From the sequence record SRR22947725_499: 52,806 nt of DNA; one strand, 5' to 3'. The notes under the pieces were generated by a model. That model was not told the origin of the DNA, did no database searches, and saw nothing but the letters and a program-made list of their open reading frames with translations. The translations under genes and the position numbers were made by a program. Shown here in pieces: positions 8,168-18,446 of the stretch (its first letter is position 1; every line of letters begins with the position of its first letter).

Positions 8168-9088
8168 ATGTCTAAAATAGAAGTCAAAGACCTATTAAAT
8201 GCCGGTGTGCATTTCGGTCACCTTACCCGCAAGTGGAACCCCAATATGGCCCCATACATTTATATGGAGCGTAATGGAATTCACATTATCAACCTTTACA
8301 AATCGGTTGCTAAAATTGAAGAAGCAAACGAAGCTTTAAAGAAAATCGCTGCTTCTGGTCGCAAAATCTTATTTGTTGCCACAAAAAAACAAGCAAAAGA
8401 TATCGTTTCTGAAAAAGTAGCAAACGTAAACATGCCTTATATCACAGAGCGCTGGCCTGGAGGGATGCTTACCAACTTTGTTACCATCCGTAAAGCTGTT
8501 AAAAAAATGGCTGCTATCGATAAAATGAAAGCTGATGGAACTTTTGAAACACTTTCTAAAAAAGAAAAATTACAAGTAAGCCGTTTACGCGCTAAGCTAG
8601 AAAAGAACCTTGGTTCTATTTCTGACATGACACGTTTGCCTGGAGCATTATTCATTGTAGATACACGCCGTGAGCATATTGCTGTCAAAGAAGCACAAAA
8701 ACTGAACATTCCCATTTTTGCGATGGTTGATACCAATGCAGATCCTAGAGAAGTAGATTATATCATCCCAGCAAACGATGATGCATCTAAGTCAATTGAT
8801 AAAATCATGGGGCTGGTTACAGCTGCTGTTGCAGAAGGACTTAAAGAACGTCAAAATGACAAAACAGAAGCTGATGCTGCTGCTACTGAAGGTGAAGTTG
8901 TAACGCCAACTGCCAAAGAAGTGGTTGCTGAAGCCGCTCAAGTTGCTGAAACAGAAGCTGTAGAGCCTGTTGAAGTCGCTGAAGAATCTGCTCCTGCTGA
9001 AGAAGCTGCTCCTGAACTTGAAGCTGCTCCTGCTGAAGAAGCTGCTCCTGAAGTAGAAACAGAAGAACCAACTGAAGAAGACAAATAA
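8168..9088 (+). CDS. rpsB: 30S ribosomal protein S2 with acidic Ala/Glu/Pro tail
   Basis: AGVHFGH..KWNPNM, ERWPGGMLTNF, IPANDDA. Confidence 0.98.
   Translation: MSKIEVKDLLNAGVHFGHLTRKWNPNMAPYIYMERNGIHIINLYKSVAKIEEANEALKKIAASGRKILFVATKKQAKDIVSEKVANVNMPYITERWPGGMLTNFVTIRKAVKKMAAIDKMKADGTFETLSKKEKLQVSRLRAKLEKNLGSISDMTRLPGALFIVDTRREHIAVKEAQKLNIPIFAMVDTNADPREVDYIIPANDDASKSIDKIMGLVTAAVAEGLKERQNDKTEADAAATEGEVVTPTAKEVVAEAAQVAETEAVEPVEVAEESAPAEEAAPELEAAPAEEAAPEVETEEPTEEDK
8988..9052 (+). repeat. 36-bp-period tandem repeat in the rpsB tail
   Basis: CTGCTCCTGCTGAAGAAGCTGCTCCTGAA at 8988-9016 and 9024-9052 (APAEEAAPE twice). Confidence 0.85.
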
Positions 9089-9099
9089 TACAAAAAGCT

Positions 9100-9927
9100 A
9101 TGTCAAAAATTACTGCTGCTGAAGTAAATAAACTGCGCAAATCAACTGGTGCAGGTATGATGGACTGTAAAAAAGCCTTGGTAGAAGCTGGAGGTGACTT
9201 TGAAGCTGCTATCGAATTCCTTCGTAAGAAAGGACAGAAAGTAGCCGCAAACCGTGCAGATCGCGAATCGTCTGAAGGAGCTGTCATCGCTCGTGTAAAC
9301 GATGATGCAACCGCCGGTGTTGTGGTTTCCATCAATTGTGAAACAGATTTTGTTGCTAAAAACGACACCTATTTAGAGCTGGCTAATAAAATGGCTGATA
9401 TCGCTCTTGCACACAGCTCACAAGAATCTTTTTTGGCAGCTACCTTTGAAGAGGGACTTACCGTTTCCGAAAAGCTAACTGAACAAACTGGTGTTATTGG
9501 AGAGAAAGTGGAAATCGGAGGATTCGAGCGTTTAGAGGCTCCTTTTGTTGGGTCGTATATCCACGCAGGAAACAGAATTGCAACGCTAGTGAGTCTTTCA
9601 GCATCTGTTGAAGGAGCTGCTGAAGCTGCAAAAAACGTTGCCATGCAAGCGGCGGCTATGAACCCCATAGCGCTTAATGAAGATGGCGTTGATGCTGCGG
9701 TGATCGAAAAAGAAATTGAAATTGCAAAAGATCAATTGCGTCAAGAGGGAAAACCAGAAGCAATGCTTGATAATATTGCAAAAGGTAAAATCAAACGTTT
9801 CTTTAAAGACAACACCTTGGTAAATCAAGACTTTATCAAAGATAGCAAGCAAAGCGTTTCGGCCTATGTTCAATCGGTACACGCCGATCTTACCGTAACA
9901 GGCTTTAAGCGTTTGGCGCTGGGATAA
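9100..9927 (+). CDS. tsf: Elongation factor Ts
   Basis: LRKSTGAGMMDCKKAL, NCETDFVAKN. Confidence 0.98.
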   Translation: MSKITAAEVNKLRKSTGAGMMDCKKALVEAGGDFEAAIEFLRKKGQKVAANRADRESSEGAVIARVNDDATAGVVVSINCETDFVAKNDTYLELANKMADIALAHSSQESFLAATFEEGLTVSEKLTEQTGVIGEKVEIGGFERLEAPFVGSYIHAGNRIATLVSLSASVEGAAEAAKNVAMQAAAMNPIALNEDGVDAAVIEKEIEIAKDQLRQEGKPEAMLDNIAKGKIKRFFKDNTLVNQDFIKDSKQSVSAYVQSVHADLTVTGFKRLALG

Positions 9928-9953
9928 TCCCAAAACCATGTTAAACTATTAGT

Positions 9954-9982
9954 AAAGACCTCCAAAATGGAGGTCTTTTTTT
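9954..9982 (+). terminator. Intrinsic terminator after tsf
   Basis: AAAGACCTCCA-AAA-TGGAGGTCTTT followed by a T run. Confidence 0.9.
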
Positions 9983-10011
9983 ATATTAGAGATTCCAAAT
10001 TATTTAACCTA

Positions 10012-11439
10012 ATGAAAAACACTATTTTCTTTTTATGCTTTTTTTCGTTGATTAGTTCCTATGGTCAGCACATAACCGTTTTGGATAGCTTAACACAATC
10101 TCCAATACCATTTGTTCACGTATTCGACGGTACAAGAGGAGTCATCGCCAGTGCAAATGGAAGATTGTATTGGGATAAACGTGAGCAAGCTGACTCCTTG
10201 ATCTTATCCTGTATGGGCTATGCCCCAAAAACAATTGGCGTTTTACACCTAAAAGACAGCATTTACCTACTCCCAAAAACAGTAGCATTAACAGAAGTTG
10301 TGGTGTCAAATAGGGTGCTGAGTGGAAAAGAAATTATTGAACGGGCAATCCAAAATACCGCACAGAATATGGATTTTGGTCTGTCTTCAAGCGAGGTATT
10401 TATCCGCACAAAGGGGAGTAACGACATCCAAAAAATGGATATTGAAATTAATAAGTCAACGATAAAAGAATTAGATCAATCTTTTGTGGATGAAATCTTA
10501 CAAGAAGTACCAAAAAATGACCATTGGACGTCTTTTTCTAGAAGCAAATGGTTACGAGACAATAGTGGGTTAAAACTCCATAAACTCGAAGTATTACAGG
10601 CTGCAAACTTACAAGACTCTCTCAATAATTCGACCTACAGTTCTATGGAAGAAACCATTTCAAGGGTGCTTAAAAAAAGAGTGAAAAAGGACTCCTATTT
10701 TAAGGTAAAATCGGGGCCCTTTATTACAACTAAAATTGAAAATGATTTTGATGAACCAGTAGATTCGATAGCCAATGACAGCAATGCACTTACGCCTAAA
10801 AAATATGCCCAAGCACAACTTGGCAACCTTCAGTCGTCGGCCATCACAAATTTATTCGAGGGTGAAACCTGGGCGTTGCCCTTTTTAGTTAAGCTCCGAA
10901 AATACAGTTTTGTTAACGAAGGGATTGTCTACGATTTAGGAACTCCAACCTATAAGGTACGATTTATCTCAAGCAATAAAAAAGATTATAGCGGATACCT
11001 CTTAGTTGATGTTGAAGACTTTGGAGTTCACAAAATATCCTACCAAAGTAACGAACGCGAAATAAGAATTAAATTATTTGGGCTATATTTTGAAGCGAAA
11101 CTAAACAATCGGACCTGTCTGTTTGTCAAAAATCAATTGGACAAATACACTTTATATTATCTTGGAGATGAATATCAAACCCATTTTGGGCTGAAAAGAC
11201 CGATTAAAATCATTGAAAAAAATAAAGTGGTAAAGGGAAGAAACAGACAAAATGTGCTGTCCATGGATTTAAACATACTTTTGAAACAAGTAGTACAAAA
11301 AAGCATCTATTTTAATTCATTTACTTCTATCTCCAAAGAAGAATTTGATGCTTTTACATTTGAGCATACCGTAACACCTATTGATTTCTTCTCACTTGAA
11401 GCCATTCGTGAATCCATGCCTAGTTTTCCTACAGAATAA
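10012..11439 (+). CDS. Secreted protein with carboxypeptidase-regulatory-like N-terminal domain
   Basis: Signal peptide MKNTIFF..; VLDSLTQSPIPFVHV, LILSCMGY and LTEVVVS pattern. Confidence 0.7.
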   Translation: MKNTIFFLCFFSLISSYGQHITVLDSLTQSPIPFVHVFDGTRGVIASANGRLYWDKREQADSLILSCMGYAPKTIGVLHLKDSIYLLPKTVALTEVVVSNRVLSGKEIIERAIQNTAQNMDFGLSSSEVFIRTKGSNDIQKMDIEINKSTIKELDQSFVDEILQEVPKNDHWTSFSRSKWLRDNSGLKLHKLEVLQAANLQDSLNNSTYSSMEETISRVLKKRVKKDSYFKVKSGPFITTKIENDFDEPVDSIANDSNALTPKKYAQAQLGNLQSSAITNLFEGETWALPFLVKLRKYSFVNEGIVYDLGTPTYKVRFISSNKKDYSGYLLVDVEDFGVHKISYQSNEREIRIKLFGLYFEAKLNNRTCLFVKNQLDKYTLYYLGDEYQTHFGLKRPIKIIEKNKVVKGRNRQNVLSMDLNILLKQVVQKSIYFNSFTSISKEEFDAFTFEHTVTPIDFFSLEAIRESMPSFPTE

Positions 11440-11513
11440 AGTATCGTGAAATCACAAAACCTGCTTTCATTACGTATCCCCACGAACTTGTTATATTTGC
11501 ATAAATTCATTTC

Positions 11514-12221
11514 ATGCAATACAAACGAATTCTCCTAAAGTTAAGCGGTGAAGCCCTAATGGGTGATCGCACCCACGGTATAGACCCAAAACGTTTGTCC
11601 GAATACGCACAAGACATTAAAGGAATTGTAGGCATGGGTGTTGAAGTAGCTATTGTTATTGGAGGAGGTAATATTTTCCGTGGCGTTGCTGCAGCAAGCA
11701 ACGGCATGGATCGTGTACAAGGCGATTATATGGGCATGCTTGCTACTTGTATCAACGGGATGGCCTTGCAAAGTGCGTTAGAAGATGCCGAAGTTCCCAC
11801 CCGACTACAAACTGCACTTAAAATTGAAGCGATTGCCGAACCTTATATTAAACGCCGCGCCGTACGCCATTTAGAAAAAGGACGTGTGGTAATCTTTGGT
11901 GCAGGTACAGGTAATCCATTTTTTACAACCGATTCCGCAGCCGTTCTACGCGCTATAGAAGTAGGCGCTGATGTAATCCTAAAAGGAACCCGTGTTGATG
12001 GTATTTATACTGCTGACCCTGAAAAAGATAAATCGGCTGAAAAATTTGAAAATATCTCATTTAAAGATGTGTTAAGCAAGGGGCTAAAAGTTATGGATAT
12101 GACGGCCTTTACACTAAGTCAAGAAAACGAGTTGCCTATTATTGTGTTTGATATGAATAAGCCTGGTAACCTAAAAAAAGCTGTTATGGGGGAACCCATT
12201 GGAACGCTTGTAAACCTATAA
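11514..12221 (+). CDS. pyrH: UMP kinase
   Basis: [28 protein letters not shown]; -7 element TATATTTG at 11492-11499. Confidence 0.98.
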   Translation: MQYKRILLKLSGEALMGDRTHGIDPKRLSEYAQDIKGIVGMGVEVAIVIGGGNIFRGVAAASNGMDRVQGDYMGMLATCINGMALQSALEDAEVPTRLQTALKIEAIAEPYIKRRAVRHLEKGRVVIFGAGTGNPFFTTDSAAVLRAIEVGADVILKGTRVDGIYTADPEKDKSAEKFENISFKDVLSKGLKVMDMTAFTLSQENELPIIVFDMNKPGNLKKAVMGEPIGTLVNL

Positions 12222-12224
12222 TTT

Positions 12225-12779
12225 ATGGAAGAAGAATTATCCTTTGTACTTGAAACCATAGAAGAGGCCATGAACAAGGCCCTTGAACATTTAGATAAAT
12301 CATTTATCAATATCCGTGCAGGCAAGGCTAATCCTGTGATGCTCTCTACAGTAAAAGTAGATTATTATGGGACCCTAACTTCTTTGAGTCAGGTAGCCAA
12401 CGTGAATACCCCCGATGCGCAAACCCTTTCTGTGCAGCCTTGGGAAAAAAGCCTTATCCCTGAAATTGAAAAGGCCATTATGGTGGCCAATTTGGGCTTT
12501 AATCCCATGAATAATGGGGAGTCGATTATCATTAGTATACCTCCACTTACTGAAGAACGTAGACGTGAGTTAGTAAAACTAGCCAAGGCCGAGGCCGAAC
12601 ATGCTAAGGTTGGTATCCGCAACGCTCGAAAAGAGGGAAATACGGAATTAAAAAAATTGGAGCTTTCGGAAGATGAACTTAAAAATGCTGAGGTTGATGT
12701 ACAAGAAACTACCAATCGTTTTATTTCCTCAATTGACGAGAAGTATCAAGTGAAAGAAAAAGAAATCATGACCGTATAA
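12225..12779 (+). CDS. frr: Ribosome recycling factor
   Basis: IRAGKAN, VDYYG, PPLTEERR. Confidence 0.98.
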   Translation: MEEELSFVLETIEEAMNKALEHLDKSFINIRAGKANPVMLSTVKVDYYGTLTSLSQVANVNTPDAQTLSVQPWEKSLIPEIEKAIMVANLGFNPMNNGESIIISIPPLTEERRRELVKLAKAEAEHAKVGIRNARKEGNTELKKLELSEDELKNAEVDVQETTNRFISSIDEKYQVKEKEIMTV

Positions 12780-12800
12780 AGGTTGTGAATAACCATTGCT

Positions 12801-15185
12801 ATGATTAAATGGATAAATACACGCTTCTGGGGAAGCGTGGCACGGATTATCCTTAGGAACCGTATTGCCCTTTTGTTGGCCATTGTGGCAACAACCCTTT
12901 TCCTCTCAACACAATGGAGCAACATTCGATTTAGCTTTACTGAAGCCAACCTGCTGCCCGACAATCACCCTTTTAATGCTTTTTATGAGCAATTCCTAGA
13001 GCGTTTTGGTGAAGAAGGAAATATGGTGGCCATTGCCATTGAGGACCAGCAGTTCTTCGTCCCTGAAAAATTAGCAGCTTGGCAACGGCTTGGCGATAGT
13101 CTTGCAGCATCTCCAAGTATAGATAATGTAGTAGGTATTAGTAGCCTTACACAACTCAAACGGAATGTTAAGAAGCGCATTTTTGAAGTGGCGCCTATTC
13201 CATTTCAAAATCCTAAGACTCAAGAAGAAGCTAGGGCGCTTAAACAATGGCTGTATGAGCAACAACCGCTCTATAACGACCTCTTATTCAACAAAGAAAC
13301 AGGAGTAATACAAACTGGGGTTTACTTACACCCTGAGGTAGTAAATAGTGGTGAACGACAGGCTTTTGTGGATCAAGTACTACTGCCGCAAATAGCAGCA
13401 TTTGAAAAAGAAACTGGTTTGAAAGTTCGTGTGTCAGGGATGCCATACATACGTACTATTAATGCCAAAATGATTATTGAGGAAATTGGGCTCTTTGTTC
13501 TAATGGCAACCCTAGTGACCACACTTATTTTCTTTTTCTTTTTCAGGTCTTACAGGGCTACATTTATTTCCATGTCCATTGTAGTCATAGGCGTCATGTG
13601 GGCTTTTGGAATTATTGGGTTATTAGGCTTTGAGATAACGGTACTAACAGCGCTAATTCCCCCTATAATAATTGTTATTGGTGTCCCGAATTGTATTTTT
13701 CTTATCAATAAATACCAAAACGAAATAAAGAAACACGGGAATCAAGCACGGTCACTACAGCGCGTAATTTCAAAAATTGGAAATGCTACGTTAATGACCA
13801 ACATGACTACCGCTAGTGGTTTTGCGACATTTATGTTAACCAATAGTACGTTGATGCGAGAATTTGGATTGGTAGCTTCCATAAATATCATGATGCTATT
13901 TCTGCTTTCATTATTGATGATTCCTATTATTTACAGCTATATGTCTATTCCAAAAGAAAAGCACCTTCAACACCTTAGTCGTAAATGGATGTCTGGGTTT
14001 GTTGATTGGATGGAGCGTATTGTTCGAAAACGACGGGTTTCAATTTACTTCGTTTCTGTGGGCATCTTAATGCTGAGCATTGTTGGCATGTATCAAATTC
14101 GACTATCGGGAACCATCATAGATGACATGCCCAAAAAAGCAGCTTTTTATAAGGATATTCGATTTTTTGAAACCCATTTTAAAGGAGTAATGCCTATTGA
14201 AATTATGGTAGATACTAAGCGAAAAAATGGTGCTACACGCCTTAGTACACTTACCCGTATGAATCGTTTTGAAAATGACTTACGTGAAATTCCAGAACTT
14301 TCAAATCCTATTTCAGCGGTAGCAGTAGCCAAATACCTCAAGCAATCTTTTTACAATGGAAACCCAAAATATTTTCAACTCCCTACCAATCAAGAAAACA
14401 ACTTTATACGTGCGCATGCAAAAAATTTAGGTGGCGAAGCTAATTTCTTAACCCGTTTGGTAGATTCAACAGGGCAGTTTGCTCGTATAACCGTAATGCT
14501 TCAAGATGTTACAACCGAACGTATGGAGGCTATTGAAAAAGAAATAGAAACTAGTATTGACAAATACTTTCCAGCGCAGCAGTTTGAGGTTTCCATGACG
14601 GGAAAAGCATTAGGATATCTAAAAGGCACCCGATTTTTGGTTCGTAATTTAGTGGTGTCACTCAGCTTAGCAATTTTACTTATTGCGCTATTTATGGCTT
14701 ATATGTTTCGTTCTTTTAAGATGATTCTCATTTCACTACTTCCTAATGTAATTCCGCTAATTCTTACGGCAGGAATGATGGGCTTTTTGGGCATTGCCAT
14801 CAAGCCTTCCACTATTTTGGTGTTTAGTGTTGCGTTTGGAATTTCTGTGGACGATACCATCCACTATCTAGTCAAATACCGACAAGAGCTACAAGCTACA
14901 CAATGGAATATCAAAAAGTCAGTGTACGCTGCGCTACGTGAAACAGGTGTAAGTATGTTTTACACATCAGTTGTGCTCTTTTTTGGATTCTCTGTATTTA
15001 TGATTTCAAGTTATGGTGGGACTGTTGCCTTAGGCGGTTTGGTCTCGGCAACCTTGCTTTTTGCTATGCTGGCCAATTTAATTTTACTTCCCTCTTTATT
15101 GCTTTCTCTAGAGAGTAAAATTGCAAACAAGCGAACCTTGAAAGAACCCAAATTCAATATTTTACCTGATAACGAAGCAGAATAA
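12801..15185 (+). CDS. MMPL/RND family transporter
   Basis: Two TM bundles separated by large loops; GISVDDTIH. Confidence 0.85.
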   Translation: MIKWINTRFWGSVARIILRNRIALLLAIVATTLFLSTQWSNIRFSFTEANLLPDNHPFNAFYEQFLERFGEEGNMVAIAIEDQQFFVPEKLAAWQRLGDSLAASPSIDNVVGISSLTQLKRNVKKRIFEVAPIPFQNPKTQEEARALKQWLYEQQPLYNDLLFNKETGVIQTGVYLHPEVVNSGERQAFVDQVLLPQIAAFEKETGLKVRVSGMPYIRTINAKMIIEEIGLFVLMATLVTTLIFFFFFRSYRATFISMSIVVIGVMWAFGIIGLLGFEITVLTALIPPIIIVIGVPNCIFLINKYQNEIKKHGNQARSLQRVISKIGNATLMTNMTTASGFATFMLTNSTLMREFGLVASINIMMLFLLSLLMIPIIYSYMSIPKEKHLQHLSRKWMSGFVDWMERIVRKRRVSIYFVSVGILMLSIVGMYQIRLSGTIIDDMPKKAAFYKDIRFFETHFKGVMPIEIMVDTKRKNGATRLSTLTRMNRFENDLREIPELSNPISAVAVAKYLKQSFYNGNPKYFQLPTNQENNFIRAHAKNLGGEANFLTRLVDSTGQFARITVMLQDVTTERMEAIEKEIETSIDKYFPAQQFEVSMTGKALGYLKGTRFLVRNLVVSLSLAILLIALFMAYMFRSFKMILISLLPNVIPLILTAGMMGFLGIAIKPSTILVFSVAFGISVDDTIHYLVKYRQELQATQWNIKKSVYAALRETGVSMFYTSVVLFFGFSVFMISSYGGTVALGGLVSATLLFAMLANLILLPSLLLSLESKIANKRTLKEPKFNILPDNEAE

Positions 15186-15220
15186 TTGCATTATATTTGC
15201 TTGCATAAATGCAAGAGTAA

Positions 15221-16621
15221 ATGGACATACGTCAGCTTTTTTTAGGAGAACATGTCAATGAAATCGTTACAGTAAAGGGTTGGGTGCGCACCTTCCGTGC
15301 AAATCGATTTATTGCGCTTAATGACGGTTCCTGTTTAGGTAATATGCAATGCGTTGTAGATTTTGAACAAATGCCAGAAGAAATTCTTGCAGAAATTAAT
15401 ACTGGTGCTGCGTTAGAGGTACAAGGCACCCTAGTAGAAAGTCAAGGAAAGGGGCAAAAATTTGAAGTTCAAGTTGTCGATTTAAAAGTACTTGGAACAT
15501 CTAATCCTGATGAATACCCAATACAACCCAAAAAACATTCCCTTGAGTTTCTGCGTGAAAAAGCACACCTTCGCATTCGTACAAATACCTTTGCTGCAGT
15601 CATGCGTGTGCGTGCTGCACTTTCATTTGCTGTACATCAATACTTTACTCAAAATGGATTTTACCAAGCGCATACTCCCATCATTACCGGAAGTGATGCA
15701 GAAGGTGCTGGAGAAATGTTTCGTGTAACAACAAAAGAACCAAGCCAAGCCTCGGACGAACCTGATTTTTTTGGTAAAGAAACCAATCTAACAGTTTCTG
15801 GTCAACTTGAAGCCGAAACCTACGCAATGGCACTTGGAAAAGTATACACTTTTGGACCTACGTTTAGAGCCGAAAATTCAAATACTTCCCGTCATTTAGC
15901 CGAATTTTGGATGATTGAACCCGAGGTTGCCTTTAACGATCTTGATGACAATATGGATTTGGCCGAGGACTTTATTAAAGGAGTGTTGGCGTATGTGCTC
16001 GAAAACTGTCAAGAAGATTTAACTTTCTTAGATCAACGCTTTGCCCAAGAAGAAGCGAAGAAACCACAACTAGAACGCAGTCCGATGGGGCTTTTAGAGC
16101 GACTTCAGTTTGTAACTCAAAATGAGTTTAAACGAATTTCTTACACTGAAGCCATTGATATTTTGCGTAACTCTAAACCCAATAAAAAGAAAAAATTTAA
16201 ATACCCGATTGACAATTGGGGAGCCGACTTGCAAAGCGAACACGAACGCTATTTGGTAGAAAAGCACTTCTCATGTCCAGTTATTTTATTTGATTACCCA
16301 GCCGAAATAAAGGCATTTTATATGCGCATGAATGAGGATGGTAAAACCGTTCGTGCCATGGACGTCTTGTTCCCTGGTGTGGGAGAGATGGTTGGTGGTG
16401 CTCAACGAGAAGAACGTCTAGATAAACTTATAGAACGTATGCGCGCCATGGACGTAGATGAAAAAGAGTTGTGGTGGTATATAGATCTTCGACGATTTGG
16501 CACGGCTGTTCACTCTGGCTTTGGCCTTGGTTTTGAACGATTGGTACTATACACAACGGGGATGAGTAATATACGGGATGTAATTCCTTACCCACGAACT
16601 CCGTTAAGTGCCGATTTTTAA
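15221..16621 (+). CDS. asnS: Asparagine--tRNA ligase
   Basis: [40 protein letters not shown]. Confidence 0.97.
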   Translation: MDIRQLFLGEHVNEIVTVKGWVRTFRANRFIALNDGSCLGNMQCVVDFEQMPEEILAEINTGAALEVQGTLVESQGKGQKFEVQVVDLKVLGTSNPDEYPIQPKKHSLEFLREKAHLRIRTNTFAAVMRVRAALSFAVHQYFTQNGFYQAHTPIITGSDAEGAGEMFRVTTKEPSQASDEPDFFGKETNLTVSGQLEAETYAMALGKVYTFGPTFRAENSNTSRHLAEFWMIEPEVAFNDLDDNMDLAEDFIKGVLAYVLENCQEDLTFLDQRFAQEEAKKPQLERSPMGLLERLQFVTQNEFKRISYTEAIDILRNSKPNKKKKFKYPIDNWGADLQSEHERYLVEKHFSCPVILFDYPAEIKAFYMRMNEDGKTVRAMDVLFPGVGEMVGGAQREERLDKLIERMRAMDVDEKELWWYIDLRRFGTAVHSGFGLGFERLVLYTTGMSNIRDVIPYPRTPLSADF

Positions 16622-16670
16622 GATGCTTTGGCTCGAGTTTTTGTATTTTTATAGCACCCAATCCTAACAA

Positions 16671-18119
16671 ATGCTCAAACAACACCTTCAATTCAAGCTT
16701 TCTCAAAAGCTCTCACCGCAGCAGATTCAGTTAATGAAACTGATTCAATTGCCTATACAATCCTTTGAGCAACAAATACTCCGTGAGATTGAAGAAAATC
16801 CTGCACTTGATTCAGGTAAAGAAAATGAAGCTGAACAAGATGAGTATGGAGCAACAGATGACGACAATAGAGAGGTCATTGAAACTGAAGATATAGACAT
16901 TGATGCGTATTTAAGTGATGATGAAATTCCTGAATACCGCCTCCGTGCACAAAATTATAGCACAGACGATGAAGAAAAACACGTGCCCTATGCCGCTGGT
17001 ATAAGTTTTCATCAACAATTAATGGGGCAGTTAGACACCTTTACTTTTACAGACGAAGAGTACCGTATTGCAGCCTTTTTGGTAGGAAGTATAGATAGTA
17101 GTGGCTATATCAGAAGAGAACTTATTGACATTGTCGATGACTTAGCCTTTACCGAAAACATTTATTCGGATGAAGAAAAAATACGCCAAGTGCTCGACTC
17201 CGTACAACAGCTAGACCCTGCCGGTGTAGGAGCGCTAGACCTTCAAGACTGTTTGCTAATTCAGTTAAAGCGGAAAGCAAAATCCCCAGATGTCAGTAAT
17301 GCCATTGAGCTCATAGCAAATTTATTTGATGCTTTTACCAAAAAGCACTTTAGTAAGATAAAAGCAAAGCTTAAAATTGATGATGAGGCTTTAAAGGATT
17401 GCATGCGCGAAATTGAAAAACTCAATCCCAAGCCTGGAGCAGCCTACGGAAGCAATACCAAAATGAATGCGCAAATAGTTCCTGATTTTAGCATTCAGCT
17501 TCTAGAAGGTCAGCTTCAACTGACGTTGAACGGCCGAAATGCACCCGAACTGCATGTGTCGGGAGAATATAAAAACATGCTATCCGGGTATAAAGAAGCC
17601 AAGAATAAAAACAAAGAACAACAAAAAGCAGTGCAGTTTATTAAGCAAAAGCTGGATGCCGCTCGTTGGTTTATTGATGCCATAAAGCAGCGTCAACACA
17701 CGCTTTTTGAAACCATGAACGCCATCATGACTTTTCAAGAGGAATACTTCCTTTCGGGAGACGAACAAAAGCTTAAACCGATGATTTTAAAAGACATCGC
17801 TGATCGCATTGGCATGGATATATCTACGGTTTCTCGTGTTGCAAACAGCAAATATGTAGATACGCCCTATGGGACCAAGTTAGTAAAGTGGTTTTTCTCC
17901 GAAGGTATTACCAACGATGCCGGTGAGGATGTCTCTACCATAGAGGTTAAAAAAGCGCTAGGCGATGTGATTGATGCAGAAGATAAATCAATCCCCCTGT
18001 CCGATGAACAGCTTATGAAGGTTATGAATAAAAAAGGCTATCCCATTGCGCGGCGAACCGTAGCCAAGTACCGCGAAATGATTGGGGCGCCTGTGGCGCG
18101 ACTACGAAAAGAATTATAG
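16671..18119 (+). CDS. rpoN: RNA polymerase sigma-54 factor
   Basis: Q/L-rich region I, STVSRV, RpoN box ARRTVAKYRE. Confidence 0.97.
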   Translation: MLKQHLQFKLSQKLSPQQIQLMKLIQLPIQSFEQQILREIEENPALDSGKENEAEQDEYGATDDDNREVIETEDIDIDAYLSDDEIPEYRLRAQNYSTDDEEKHVPYAAGISFHQQLMGQLDTFTFTDEEYRIAAFLVGSIDSSGYIRRELIDIVDDLAFTENIYSDEEKIRQVLDSVQQLDPAGVGALDLQDCLLIQLKRKAKSPDVSNAIELIANLFDAFTKKHFSKIKAKLKIDDEALKDCMREIEKLNPKPGAAYGSNTKMNAQIVPDFSIQLLEGQLQLTLNGRNAPELHVSGEYKNMLSGYKEAKNKNKEQQKAVQFIKQKLDAARWFIDAIKQRQHTLFETMNAIMTFQEEYFLSGDEQKLKPMILKDIADRIGMDISTVSRVANSKYVDTPYGTKLVKWFFSEGITNDAGEDVSTIEVKKALGDVIDAEDKSIPLSDEQLMKVMNKKGYPIARRTVAKYREMIGAPVARLRKEL

Positions 18120-18380
18120 GGGTTTATTTGGGCGCTCTAGCCAATTCACAACTAGATAGCCAAGTCCAACAATAATGTAAAGATATCCGCTTAAGGCACT
18201 CTCGCCTGAAGTCAAAAATATAATTCCTATCGCTATAAAAAATAGACTGTATACAAACCATAAAATTTTTCGCACTCTTTCCCTTTTGTGTTTAGGCAGT
18301 TTAAAGATTCTTAAGAAAAGCGTGTTTAACAATAAAACTGCAATTGCAGTAACTGCTAAGATAATTAGGCCTTTTTCCAT
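18114..18380 (-). CDS. Small membrane protein (3 predicted TM), unknown function
   Basis: 88-aa ORF with three hydrophobic stretches filling an intergenic gap. Confidence 0.65.
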   Translation of the reverse strand: MEKGLIILAVTAIAVLLLNTLFLRIFKLPKHKRERVRKILWFVYSLFFIAIGIIFLTSGESALSGYLYIIVGLGYLVVNWLERPNKPL

Positions 18381-18446
18381 ACTCTAAGGTAAAAAAAAAC
18401 CCAATAAAATTATATATGAACTAGTTGTAATCTATGAAGTACGTAA

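Noticed and set aside
8883-9368. 161-aa Gln/Leu-rich minus-strand ORF
   Set aside because: Antisense shadow of the repetitive rpsB tail and tsf.
9967-10011. Extended N-terminus of ORF 9967-11439
   Set aside because: The start lies inside the tsf terminator; the signal peptide begins at ATG 10012.
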